A stretch of 64,000 nt of DNA from Acidobacteriota bacterium (GCA_021818955.1 JAKASR010000010.1:27147-91146), one strand, 5' to 3'; shown: positions 53,841 to 63,431, counted from the first letter of the stretch. Notes: generated by a model from the letters alone, not told the origin. Translations and numbers: made by a program.

Positions 53841-55988
53841 GTGATCCTGCAATTGGAAAATCGGCTGCGCGACGCCCTGCGCCGTCATCTGGAGCTTCAC
53901 TACCCGGATTCCGCCGGCCTGGTAATCGTGCTGGAGACGCCCCCCCGGCCCGAGCTGGGCGACTTTGCCTCGCCGCTCTGTTTCGAACTGGCGCGCCGGG
54001 TCCGACGCCCGCCGCGCGCGCTGGCGCAGGCGATTCAACCCCAGTTCGTGCTGCCTCCCGGCATTGCCCGGGTGGAAGTCGCCGGCGCCGGCTACTTGAA
54101 CTTCTTCATGGACCGCGCCGCGCTGCTCGGCGATTTGGGGTTCGCCTCCGCCCTATTCCAGCCGGGTGGCGCCCCGGCGGGCGACCCCATCGCCGCGCTC
54201 ACGCCCTTTGTTTTTACCCCGCTCAACGCTCGCTATAAAGGTAAAGTGATTGTTGAACATACAAACATCAACCCCAACAAAGCAGCGCATATAGGCCACC
54301 TGAGAAACGCCGTGCTGGGCGATACTCTGGTGCGGCTCCTGCGCCGCCGCGGCGAGTGCGTCGAAGTGCAAAATTATATTGATAATACCGGCGTGCAGGT
54401 TGCCGACGTCGCCGCCGCCTTTGCGCATCGGGACGAACTCGGAGGCGATTTGCCTGCCCCGCGCGAGGCGCTGGAGCACGCCCGCCAAGTGCGCCGGCGG
54501 GCCCTGGCTGCCGGCAGCCTGAGCGCCTGGCCGCAGTTGTTTCCACGCACGCCGGATGCGCCCGCGCGCGCGGCGCACAGCTTCGATTACCTCTGTTGGG
54601 ACGTTTACGCCCGCATTTCCCAATATTACCGGCAGCAGCCCGCCGCCCAGCCCTGGCGCGCCGCCGCGCTGCATGCCATCGAAGCCGGCCAGCCGCCGCT
54701 GGCGGAAGAAGCCCAGATCATCGCCGACGCGGTCGTGGCCGCGCACCTGGCCACTATGGCCCGCATCAATGTCGCCTACGACATGCTGCCGCGCGAAAGC
54801 GAGATTCTGCACCTGGATTTTTGGGCTCGGGCGTTTGCCTTATTACAGCGGGCCGGCGCCATTCGCCACGAAACTTCGGGCAAAAATGCCGGCTGCTGGG
54901 TGATGGAACGTCCTCGCGCCCGCGCGGCGCCCGCGCCGGATGCCGCCCCCGGCGACGAAGACGCCGAGGCGGCCAAGGTGGTGGTGCGCTCGGATGGCAC
55001 GGTGACCTATTTCGGCAAGGATATTGCCTACCAGCTCTGGAAATTCGGCCTACTCGGGCTGGAGCTTCCCTGTCGGCGCTTTCAGCCCGATCCGGCCGCG
55101 CCCGCGGTCTGGATGTCTGCCCCGAAAGGCGCCCCGGAAGCGCCTCGCTTTGGCGGCGCCAGCCAGGTTTTCAACGTCATCGATTCCCGCCAGAGCGACC
55201 TGCAGGAAATGGTGATTGCCGGCCTGCGCGCCCTGGGCCACGAAGAGGCGGCGCGGCATAGCAGCCATTTCAGCTACGAAATGGTCGCGCTCACGCCGCG
55301 CTGCGCCGAAGAACTCGGCTACCAGCTCACGGAGGAGGAGCGCGCCCGCCCGCATATCGAAGTTTCCGGACGCAAGGGCCAGGGCGTGAAGGCCGACGAT
55401 CTGATCGATCGCCTGATCGCCGATGCCCTGGCGGAAGTGCGCCAGCGCCACGCCCGGCTTGACCCCGGCGCCCAGTTCGCGCTGGCGCTGCCCATTGCCG
55501 TCGGCGCGCTGCGCTATTTCCTGCTGAAATTCACCCGCAATACCGTCATTGCCTTCGATTTCAAAGAGGCGCTCAACTTCGAAGGCGAAACCGGACCCTA
55601 CGTGCAATACGCCGCGGTGCGCGCCGCCAACATCCTGCGCAAAGCCGCCGCCGAACCGGAGCCGGCCGCAGCTTTAACCGCGTCTTGCGGCGATGCGGAC
55701 GCGCTGGCCGCCTTTGCCGCCGACGAAGAACTCTGGCCGCTGATCCGTCTCGCCGCCCGGCTGGACGCGCAACTGGAAATCGCGATGGAGGCGATGGAGC
55801 CTGCGCATATGGCCAAGTACGCGTTCGCGCTGGCGCAAAGCTTTAACAATTTCTACCACCGCCATGCCGTGCTCGGCGAATCCGATCCGCGGCGCCGCCG
55901 GCTGCTGCTCAAGCTCACCGCTCTGGTGCGCCATCAACTCGCCGCCGCGCTCGATCTGCTCGGCATCGAAACCCCGCGCGCAATGTGA
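53841..55988 (+). CDS. argS: arginine--tRNA ligase (long form)
   Basis: 715-aa ORF with a GTG start at 53841. Class I HIGH motif (NKAAHIGHLRN). DALR anticodon-binding C-terminus (AKYAFALAQSFNNFYH). Confidence 0.88.
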   Translation: MILQLENRLRDALRRHLELHYPDSAGLVIVLETPPRPELGDFASPLCFELARRVRRPPRALAQAIQPQFVLPPGIARVEVAGAGYLNFFMDRAALLGDLGFASALFQPGGAPAGDPIAALTPFVFTPLNARYKGKVIVEHTNINPNKAAHIGHLRNAVLGDTLVRLLRRRGECVEVQNYIDNTGVQVADVAAAFAHRDELGGDLPAPREALEHARQVRRRALAAGSLSAWPQLFPRTPDAPARAAHSFDYLCWDVYARISQYYRQQPAAQPWRAAALHAIEAGQPPLAEEAQIIADAVVAAHLATMARINVAYDMLPRESEILHLDFWARAFALLQRAGAIRHETSGKNAGCWVMERPRARAAPAPDAAPGDEDAEAAKVVVRSDGTVTYFGKDIAYQLWKFGLLGLELPCRRFQPDPAAPAVWMSAPKGAPEAPRFGGASQVFNVIDSRQSDLQEMVIAGLRALGHEEAARHSSHFSYEMVALTPRCAEELGYQLTEEERARPHIEVSGRKGQGVKADDLIDRLIADALAEVRQRHARLDPGAQFALALPIAVGALRYFLLKFTRNTVIAFDFKEALNFEGETGPYVQYAAVRAANILRKAAAEPEPAAALTASCGDADALAAFAADEELWPLIRLAARLDAQLEIAMEAMEPAHMAKYAFALAQSFNNFYHRHAVLGESDPRRRRLLLKLTALVRHQLAAALDLLGIETPRAM

Positions 55989-56042
55989 TCCCCATCCTGC
56001 AAGCCCATGCGTATCCGGGCAAGACTTTTCCATACTCGCACC

Positions 56043-57686
56043 ATGCCGGCATTGAGCTTGTTACAACCGAATTTTTATAACCCCGGCGGTAACCGCCGCC
56101 CTCGCCCCCAGGAAATAAAATCTCCTTTGGCGCCCGGCCTGGCGGCGGCTACCCTCCCGCCCCGCTGGCGCCGGCCGGCGGCGCCCATCCTGTTTTTTGT
56201 TTTTCTATTCGCCGGCCTGTTTTTACGGCTTTATGCGCTGGGACGCCATAGCCTTTGGATAGATGAAATGGCAAGTTATGGCATCAGCAGCTTACCCTGG
56301 CATAACTTTTTGCAACTCATCTTCCGCCACGAAGCCAACATGGTTTTTTATTATTTATGGCTTCGCGCCTGGCTTCACCTCGGCGTCAACGCCTTCCTCC
56401 TGCGGCTTCCCTCGGCCATTTTTTCATTTTTGACGATTCCTGTTCTTTACGCTATTACCGCCAGGGCATGGGGCCTGCGCGCGGCTTTATGGACGAGCGG
56501 ATTGTTGGCCGCAAACCCCTTCGCGATCGAATACGCCCAGAATGCCCGCGGTTATGCCTTGGCCACGCTCTTGCTCTGCCTGTCGTTCCTGTTTTTATTG
56601 CGCTCGCTGGATGAAGCGAGCCGGGCCAACTGGTTTTTATTCGATCTGTTCGCGGTGCTGGCCGTTTATTCCCATTTTCTATCGGGTTTGGCCTTGCTGG
56701 GATTCTTTGCGGCGTTATTTACCCTGCGCCTGACCCGGGCGCAATGGATTTGCATTGCCTGGCATGCCCTGGTCATTGCCATCGCGGTGCTGCCCCTGGC
56801 GATCCTGGCGATTTTGCAGGACCATGGCCAGCTCGCATGGATTCCACCGTTTCGCCTGCATCAACTCGGCCAGTCGCTCGGCTCGATCTCCGGAGCCATC
56901 GATCGTTCCCGTTGGGAATTCTGGCCCATCATGCTGTCGATCTATGGCGTCATCCTTTTAGCCGCTCTCAGGTCAAGGCATTCGCCCAACCGGCTGAAAG
57001 CGGCGGCAACGGCCGGCGATCCGCGCTGCCGGCTGCTGAAATTCCTCCTCGCCTGGTTCCTGGCGGCGCCGGTCTTATTGACCCTCGCCAGCCTCTGGCA
57101 GCCCTTCATGATCGACCGGTTTCTGTTTTCCAGCGCGCCGCCGTTAATGATCGCCGCGGGAATCGCGATCTCCACCTTGCCGTCTCGCTTCAAAGCGATT
57201 GCCGGAAGTTGCTATTTCATCCCGGCCCTATTGATCGTCTTTGCCTATTATCAAAGCCCCTTTCAGAATTGGCGCGGCGCCATCCACTTTCTTCAAAGCC
57301 GGATTCAGCCCGGCGATATCGTGCTCTCGGAGCCCGTTACCACGGAAACCCTGGCAATCCATTATTACGGCCGCCATTTACCGATGGTCTATCCGGCCTA
57401 TGGCGACCCCGCCCACGTCCTTTCGCGGCGATACGGCGCCTTGGGCGGCGACGGAATGGGCTGGGAGGATCTGCTTCATGCCGTGGGCATCGCCCGCTGC
57501 TGCGCGCGGCGTTTATGGCTGGTGACGCATGCAAACAATCACCATCGCGGTTTACCGAAAACATTTCTGCGGACACTCGCGCGCGCAGGCTTACGGCTTC
57601 ATGCATTTAAGTTGTTGCATATATACTATTTCACCGGCGTTAAGTTGATTTGCTATCAGCGCGCTTTGACCCCGGCTCCTTCCTGA
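56043..57686 (+). CDS. GT39/PMT_2-like (ArnT-type) membrane glycosyltransferase
   Basis: ORF from 56007; preferred ATG at 56043. Polytopic membrane N-terminal region with LRLYALGRHSLWIDEMASYGIS (GT-C DE motif region), then a soluble C-terminal domain. GC is visibly lower than in the flanking genes. Confidence 0.7.
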   Translation: MPALSLLQPNFYNPGGNRRPRPQEIKSPLAPGLAAATLPPRWRRPAAPILFFVFLFAGLFLRLYALGRHSLWIDEMASYGISSLPWHNFLQLIFRHEANMVFYYLWLRAWLHLGVNAFLLRLPSAIFSFLTIPVLYAITARAWGLRAALWTSGLLAANPFAIEYAQNARGYALATLLLCLSFLFLLRSLDEASRANWFLFDLFAVLAVYSHFLSGLALLGFFAALFTLRLTRAQWICIAWHALVIAIAVLPLAILAILQDHGQLAWIPPFRLHQLGQSLGSISGAIDRSRWEFWPIMLSIYGVILLAALRSRHSPNRLKAAATAGDPRCRLLKFLLAWFLAAPVLLTLASLWQPFMIDRFLFSSAPPLMIAAGIAISTLPSRFKAIAGSCYFIPALLIVFAYYQSPFQNWRGAIHFLQSRIQPGDIVLSEPVTTETLAIHYYGRHLPMVYPAYGDPAHVLSRRYGALGGDGMGWEDLLHAVGIARCCARRLWLVTHANNHHRGLPKTFLRTLARAGLRLHAFKLLHIYYFTGVKLICYQRALTPAPS

Positions 57687-57781
57687 TTTCGTCTCTTCCG
57701 CTTTGTCAGCTAGGTTTACGGCGCCGGGACCGCGTGCCACCGGATCGGGTTCGCGGCCCCCGGCGCCGGCTCCAGCGGCGT

Positions 57782-58270
57782 TCAGGCCGCGATGCTCTTG
57801 GTTTCCTTGCCTTCCAAAGATTTAATCTGCACCTTGCGCGGCAGCGCCGCTTCCGCGACCGGAGCGATGATGTCGAGCACACCGTTCTTGTATTGTGCTT
57901 CCACCTGTTCGGCTTTCACGCCCTCCGGCAGCGCGATCAGGCGCTGGAAGCTGCCATAGCTGAATTCGCGGAACGCGTAGCTTTCTTCCGAGATCTGCTG
58001 ATCCTGTTTGCGTTCGCCGCTAATGGTCAGTTGATTGCCATGCACCTGAATGCTGACATCCTTCGGGTCCACTCCCGGCAGGCCCAGCCGGACATGGAAT
58101 TTATTGTCCTTCAAATAGCATTCAGCCGCCGGCGCCCAACTGAACCCGGTCTGCCCTTCGCTACTGCCGGGGTATTGGAAAAAGCGATTGATAATGTCGT
58201 CGAAGTTGCTGCGAAAATCCATCAGCTCGCGCCAAAACGGATCCCGCCTCACCAGACTGCGAGTTGCCAT
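57782..58270 (-). CDS. Hsp20/alpha-crystallin family small heat-shock protein
   Basis: 162 aa with an alpha-crystallin domain (PAAECYLKDNKFHVRLGLPGVDPKDVSIQVHGNQLTISGERK...FQRLIALPEGV). GGAGG lies 8 nt upstream of the ATG. Confidence 0.9.
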   Translation of the reverse strand: MATRSLVRRDPFWRELMDFRSNFDDIINRFFQYPGSSEGQTGFSWAPAAECYLKDNKFHVRLGLPGVDPKDVSIQVHGNQLTISGERKQDQQISEESYAFREFSYGSFQRLIALPEGVKAEQVEAQYKNGVLDIIAPVAEAALPRKVQIKSLEGKETKSIAA

Positions 58271-58456
58271 ATCTATACCTCCAAACCATGATTTTGCGAT
58301 TTGCCGAGATGCGGAGCTTGCGCTCGGTTTTCACAATCATGGATGGTTTTCGACTGCGGCAGGTTTCACTTTTTCACCAAGAATTTCAGCCGGTTTAAAG
58401 GATTTTTTTTCGGCTATTGACGAGTCTCCATCCGGGCCATTTCCGTCCCGTAGTGA

Positions 58457-59599
58457 TTATTTACCCACTACGCGAAAGAGCAACTGATGAATGCGGTTTT
58501 TCAGGCTATCGCGCTCACAGGGTTTATTTTCCGCCGGCATGGCGGTTTCCAGTTGGCGCATTAATTCTTTTTGTTCTTTGGTCAGGCGGGACGGCACCTC
58601 GATGTGTACCAGCACATGCAAATCGCCGTTGCCGCGGCTATTGATTTTGGGCGCGCCTTTGCCCTTGAGCGGCGGCAATTCCGTTCCCCACTGGGTTCCC
58701 GGGGGAACCTGCACTTTCTCCACTCCCCAGGGGCTGGGCACCTGAACTTCACAACCAAGCGCCGCCTGGGGAAATGAGACTCGGATGGCGCAATAAAGAT
58801 CCGCCCCCTGGCGCTCGTAGAACGGATGCGGCTTGACGTGTACGACGATAAAGAGATCGCCCGCGGGGCCGCCGTTCGCCCCGGCTTCGCCTTCCCCCTG
58901 CACCCGCAGTTGCGTGCCGTCGTCCACCCCGGCGGGGACCGTGATCGAGCGCTTGACTTGCCGTTCCACCCGGCCGCGCCCGCGGCAGGCGGGACAGACA
59001 TCGCGAATCACCCGGCCGGCGCCGCCGCAGCCCGGACAGGTGCGCGCGATGGTGAAAAATCCCTGCTGATGCCGAATCTGGCCGCGGCCGCCGCACTGCG
59101 GGCAGACCGCCGGCTCGGCGCCATGCCGCGACCCGGTGCCGTGGCATTCCTCGCAGCTTTGCTCGCGCTTGAACTGTAGCGTCGATTCGGTGCCGCGCAG
59201 CGCCTGCTCGAAATCCAATTCCAGGTCGTAGCGCAGATCGCTGCCGCGCTGTGCGTGGGTGCGGCGGCGGCCCCGGCCCCCGCCAAAATCAACCCCGAAC
59301 AGGTCGCCCAGGATATCGGAAAAATCGCCGAAAACGCTGGGATCGAATTCCACTCCGCCGCCGCCGTTGCCCACGCCGGCGTGCCCGAAGCGATCGTAGC
59401 GGGCGCGTTTCTCGCTGTCGCTCAGCACGCCGTACGCCTCCGACGCTTGTTTAAACTTCTCCTCCGCCTGCGGGTCCTGGTTGCGGTCGGGATGATACTG
59501 CAACGCCAGGCGGCGATAGGCGGACTTGATCTCCTGATCGCTGGCCTCGCGCCCAACGCCCAGCACCTCGTAATAATCTCGTTTTCCCACGGCAGGCAT
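58457..59599 (-). CDS. dnaJ: molecular chaperone DnaJ
   Basis: 380 aa. J-domain (DYYEVLGV...HPDRN), G/F region, and four CxxCxGxG zinc motifs. Confidence 0.96.
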   Translation of the reverse strand: MPAVGKRDYYEVLGVGREASDQEIKSAYRRLALQYHPDRNQDPQAEEKFKQASEAYGVLSDSEKRARYDRFGHAGVGNGGGGVEFDPSVFGDFSDILGDLFGVDFGGGRGRRRTHAQRGSDLRYDLELDFEQALRGTESTLQFKREQSCEECHGTGSRHGAEPAVCPQCGGRGQIRHQQGFFTIARTCPGCGGAGRVIRDVCPACRGRGRVERQVKRSITVPAGVDDGTQLRVQGEGEAGANGGPAGDLFIVVHVKPHPFYERQGADLYCAIRVSFPQAALGCEVQVPSPWGVEKVQVPPGTQWGTELPPLKGKGAPKINSRGNGDLHVLVHIEVPSRLTKEQKELMRQLETAMPAENKPCERDSLKNRIHQLLFRVVGK

Positions 59600-59714
59600 A
59601 GGTTGGTTCAGATGGCCGAGCCGGATTCGCCGCCGGCTCCGGCGCGGGGCGATCCCGGGCTATGCTTTTCCTTTCGGTAGGAGTGTTCCCGCATATAGGC
59701 GAATGGTTCGGCGC

Positions 59715-60317
59715 TCAAGCTTTTGAATTGCGGGCCACTTTGACCATCGCCGGGCGCACCAGCCGGTCTTTGAGCCGGTAGCCGCGCTGCAATTCTTCAA
59801 TCACGGTATTGTCGGCAACATCTTCGCGATCGACCGCCTCAATCGCTTCGTGCCAGTGTGGATCGAAGCGCTCCCCCAGGCTGGCAATCGGTTCCAAACC
59901 CAGCCTGCGCGCATTGTCCTGAAACTGCCGCGCCATCAACTCCACGCCTTTGCGTAGGTCCTCCGCCCCGCCGCCGGCCGCCAGGGCGCGATCGAAGCTG
60001 TCGAGCACCGGCAACAGCGCGCGCAGCGCCTCGACCAGCGCCAGGCTGCGGGCTTCTGTCAAATCTTTCTGCATGCGCTTGCGATAGTTGTCGAAATCGG
60101 CGAGCGAGCGCAGCAGGCGATCGTTCAGCCGGTCGCGCTCTTCCAGCAAGCGCCGGATTTCGTCCTGCTCCGAGCTCACCGCTTCCCCGGCCGGCTTGGT
60201 TTCCGCCGGCGCGCCCTCGCGAGCGTTCTCCGGCTCGGAGCCGGCGTCGGTTTCCGGCAGCTCATGCTCGGGGTCGAGGGCCGCGTTGCGCGGTTGGGTA
60301 TCCGATTTGGCGGGCAT
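59715..60317 (-). CDS. grpE: nucleotide exchange factor GrpE
   Basis: 200 aa. Acidic N-terminus, long helix (RSLADFDNYRKRMQKD), and C-terminal beta domain (FDPHWHEAI...GYRLKDRLVRPAMVKV). Confidence 0.93.
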   Translation of the reverse strand: MPAKSDTQPRNAALDPEHELPETDAGSEPENAREGAPAETKPAGEAVSSEQDEIRRLLEERDRLNDRLLRSLADFDNYRKRMQKDLTEARSLALVEALRALLPVLDSFDRALAAGGGAEDLRKGVELMARQFQDNARRLGLEPIASLGERFDPHWHEAIEAVDREDVADNTVIEELQRGYRLKDRLVRPAMVKVARNSKA

Positions 60318-60324
60318 GCGTGCT

Positions 60325-61401
60325 TTACTCCTCCAGAATTAGCCCTATGGGCGGCGCTCCGCCCGGTTCGGTCGATAGTTTTTCGCCTACGCGCGCCAAG
60401 GCGCCCAGCACGCGGTCGTATTCCATGCGCGCCGAGCCCAGCACGGCTACCGCGCCCAGGCGATGATCGGGCATCTGGTAGGGAGCCCAGATCAGCGCCA
60501 GTTCGGGCCAGTGTTGCCGCTCCAGGCCGACTTGCACGCGCACGCCGGTGCGGGCGCCGGCATCGCCTTCGGCCAATAACGCCTGGACTAGTTCCAGCAA
60601 TTTTTCCTTGCGCGTCAGCGCTTCCAGCATCTCCGCCAGATGCGGATGCCCTTGCAGCAATTCCAACAGCCGGGGCGCGCCTTCCAAATAGACTTCCTGC
60701 TGCGCCCGCTCCGCCGCCAAGCCGCAGTGCACCAATACCAGCACGCGTTTCAATTGGGCGTCATAGAGCGCGCGCTTTTCCTGCACCCGCCGTAACAGTT
60801 CCTGGCGAATCTTTTCCAGCCCCCAGCCGGCGAAATACCGGTTCAAATAGCGTCCGGCCGCGTCCAACTCTTCCTGGGAATAATCTTCCGGCAGCATGGC
60901 CACGATTTCCCGCGCCTCGTCCAGGGTGGAAATCAGCAGCGATAGCACGCGCCGGTCATGCAGGCGTAGGAAACGAATTTCGCGCAAGTCTTCGCTTTTG
61001 GCCGGCGCCAGGGCGGCCACCGCGGCCTCATGGGAAAATTCCGCCAGAAACCGGCAGGCGGCGCTCAGCCGCTGGCCCAGGTCGCCGGCTTGATCCATTT
61101 CCCGCCGTAGCCTCTCTTCCTCGCTCTCCGGCAAGGGCGCCGGCAACGCCAAATGGCAAGCGTAATACTGAATCGCCAGGCGGGTTGGCAGCCGTCCGGC
61201 GGAAGTATGCGGCTGATAAAGCCATCCCTCTTCTTCCAGTCCGGCCAGCACATTGCGGATGGTGGCGGAACTGAGCCCGTTCCGATCGGCTAGCATGCCC
61301 GAGGCCACCGCCTCGCCAGTTTGAAAGTATTGCAGCAGAAGGCTTTGCAGCACCGCCTTTTGACGGGGCGTCAGCTCGGATTGTGGCTGTAATGGCTGCA
61401 T
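60325..61401 (-). CDS. hrcA: heat-inducible transcription repressor HrcA
   Basis: ORF 60325..61479; preferred ATG at 61401 (MQPLQPQSELTPRQKAVLQSLL), with GAGGGAA upstream. Winged-helix N-terminus (SSATIRNVLAGLEEEGWLYQPHTSAGRLPT). Confidence 0.88.
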   Translation of the reverse strand: MQPLQPQSELTPRQKAVLQSLLLQYFQTGEAVASGMLADRNGLSSATIRNVLAGLEEEGWLYQPHTSAGRLPTRLAIQYYACHLALPAPLPESEEERLRREMDQAGDLGQRLSAACRFLAEFSHEAAVAALAPAKSEDLREIRFLRLHDRRVLSLLISTLDEAREIVAMLPEDYSQEELDAAGRYLNRYFAGWGLEKIRQELLRRVQEKRALYDAQLKRVLVLVHCGLAAERAQQEVYLEGAPRLLELLQGHPHLAEMLEALTRKEKLLELVQALLAEGDAGARTGVRVQVGLERQHWPELALIWAPYQMPDHRLGAVAVLGSARMEYDRVLGALARVGEKLSTEPGGAPPIGLILEE

Positions 61402-61608
61402 ATTTCCCTCTGCCGGTGGCCGATATCGGCTCAATGCGCTTGCGATTTCAGTATAAAAAATCCTCTCCCGCGGGAACAAGCTCAGAACGTGCGATGGCCG
61501 TTCACTACTTTAGACGCGTTTGCCGCGTTCAAGATTCATCTCCGGCGAGTCCGGGGACGAAGCTCCTTAACTTTACTCCTTCTTCGAGGACGGTTACCGT
61601 GACTATTG

Positions 61609-61750
61609 GCGTTAACGGTCGAGTCGGACAGCAGTTTTTGTCATTGGCAATTTCGAAGAAATTGCCTCAAGCCTGCTCAATTTCGAAGAAATTGCCTCAA
61701 GCAATGCCCGCAGGCCGAAGCGCGGGGTTCCTGTTAGGTCCCGCGCCTAT
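61609..61750. repeat. dispersed two-hairpin intergenic element, copy B (with internal 30-bp duplication)
   Basis: Same orientation as 14822..14933 and about 90 percent identical to it. The 25-nt core CAATTTCGAAGAAATTGCCTCAAGC occurs twice, at 61648 and 61678. Its right end touches the kdsC stop codon. Confidence 0.8.
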
Positions 61751-62385
61751 TGTTCGCGGCCTTGTCCGTGCCGGCTGGCATGCGCTTTCAGATAGCCTTC
61801 CAAAACTTCCCGCCAGCGGCCCTGGGCCTTGAGGATCAGTTCCACCAGGTCGCGCGCCGCGCCCTCGCCGCCGCGGCTGGTAGCCACCCAATCGGCCGCC
61901 TGCTTGACCTCGGGACGCGCATTCGCCGGCGCCGCCGCCAGGCCGCATGCGCGCATCATGGGTAAATCCACTATATCGTCGCCCATGCAGGCGGTTTCCT
62001 CCGGCTGCACGCCCGCCCGGCGCAGGATTTCCTCCAGCGCCTGCAGCTTATCATCAATCGCCTGATAGACGTAATCCATGCGCAAATCGCGCGCGCGCAG
62101 CGCCAGCGAGGCGGAGCGGCGCTTGGTTATCACGCCGGTTTTCAAGCCGGCTTGCCGCGCCAGCATCATGCCAATGCCATCGTGCGCGCTGAAGCCCTTG
62201 AGCTCGACCAGGCTGACTCCTTCCCCGCGGCCGGCCACGGCGCGCGAATCGGGGCTGTCGCTGGGAAAAAACCAGATCACGCCGTCCGTCAGCACGCCAT
62301 CCACATCGAACAGCAGCAGCCGGATGCGCCGCGCCCGCGCGCGCAGACTTAATCGGCCCGGTGATTTTCGCGGCTCGGCGCGCAT
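61747..62385 (-). CDS. kdsC: KDO 8-phosphate phosphatase (HAD-IIIA)
   Basis: ORF 61747..62550; preferred ATG at 62385, sharing 1 nt with the kdsD stop (TAATG). Motifs LLLFDVDGVLTDG, a central KGFSAHDG segment, and C-terminal GDDIVDLPMM. Confidence 0.82.
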   Translation of the reverse strand: MRAEPRKSPGRLSLRARARRIRLLLFDVDGVLTDGVIWFFPSDSPDSRAVAGRGEGVSLVELKGFSAHDGIGMMLARQAGLKTGVITKRRSASLALRARDLRMDYVYQAIDDKLQALEEILRRAGVQPEETACMGDDIVDLPMMRACGLAAAPANARPEVKQAADWVATSRGGEGAARDLVELILKAQGRWREVLEGYLKAHASRHGQGREQ

Positions 62386-63431
62386 TACATCATTCCCGTG
62401 GTCCAGAGATCGTGCAGATGGATCAGTCCCAGCAGCCGGCCGTCTTCCCCGGTCACTAGCAGGCAGGTGATGCGATGGGTTTCCATCAAGTTCAGCGCCG
62501 CGCTGGCCAGCGATTCGGGAGCGATGGTGACCGGCTGGGAAGACATGCACTCGCTAGCCCGCAGCCGCGCCGCCTCCGGCCCATGGCGGGCGAAGAGGCG
62601 GCGCAGGTCGCCGTCGGAGATGATGCCCCGCAATCGCCCCTCCGTATCCACTACCGTGGTGACGCCGAAGCCTTTGCGGCTCATCTCGTAGATCAACTCG
62701 GGAAAAGGCGTCTCTTCCCGCACTCGCGGCAGTTCATCGCCGGAGTGCATCAGGCGCGAAACGGTGGATAGCCGTTTGCCCAGCCAGCCGCCGGGATGCA
62801 GGCTGGCGAAATCCTGTTCGGCAAACCCCTTGGTTTCCGCCACCACCACCGCCAGCGCGTCCCCCATTGCCAGCGCCGCCGTAGTTGAAGCCGTCGGCGC
62901 CAGCCCCAGCGGGCAGGCTTCCTGCTCGACGCTTACATCGAGCACGACGTCGGCATTGCGGCCCAGGCTGCTGCCCCGGGCTCCGGTCAGGGCAATCAGC
63001 TTCAAATCCAGCCGCTTGATCCATTCCAGCAGGCGCACGAGCTCATCCGTCTCGCCGCCTTGCGAGAGCGCCACCACCACGTCACCGCGCACCAGCATGC
63101 CTAAATCCCCGTGCAGCGCTTCGGCCGGATGCAGATACAGCGCAGGCGTGCCGGTGGAGTTCAGGGTGGCGGCGATCTTACGCGCCACTAATCCGCTTTT
63201 CCCCAACCCGGTCACCACCACCCGTCCGGAGCAGGCGAGCAGCAGGCCGACGGCGCGGCTGAAGTCTTCATCCAGCCGGCGGGCCAGCGTGGCGACCGCG
63301 CCGGCTTCGATTTCCAGCACCCGGCGCGCGATCGCCAGCCGCCGCGCCGCCGCTTCGTCCGCACGGGGCTGGCCGCTTGTGTCTTCCGGTTTTGAACCTG
63401 GCTGCATGCTTGGCTTTCCAGATGGTAGCAA
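62385..63431 (-). CDS. kdsD: arabinose-5-phosphate isomerase (SIS domain + tandem CBS)
   Basis: 348 aa; the start could instead be the ATG at 63407. SIS motif VVVTGLGKSGLVARKIAATLNSTGTP. C-terminal CBS pair. Confidence 0.9.
   Translation of the reverse strand: MLPSGKPSMQPGSKPEDTSGQPRADEAAARRLAIARRVLEIEAGAVATLARRLDEDFSRAVGLLLACSGRVVVTGLGKSGLVARKIAATLNSTGTPALYLHPAEALHGDLGMLVRGDVVVALSQGGETDELVRLLEWIKRLDLKLIALTGARGSSLGRNADVVLDVSVEQEACPLGLAPTASTTAALAMGDALAVVVAETKGFAEQDFASLHPGGWLGKRLSTVSRLMHSGDELPRVREETPFPELIYEMSRKGFGVTTVVDTEGRLRGIISDGDLRRLFARHGPEAARLRASECMSSQPVTIAPESLASAALNLMETHRITCLLVTGEDGRLLGLIHLHDLWTTGMM

Noticed and set aside
61648-61707. Two 25-nt identical palindromic units at a 30-bp period, superficially CRISPR-like.
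   Set aside because: There are only two units with a 5-nt spacer, no cas genes and no array. It is better explained as an internal duplication within the dispersed repeat.
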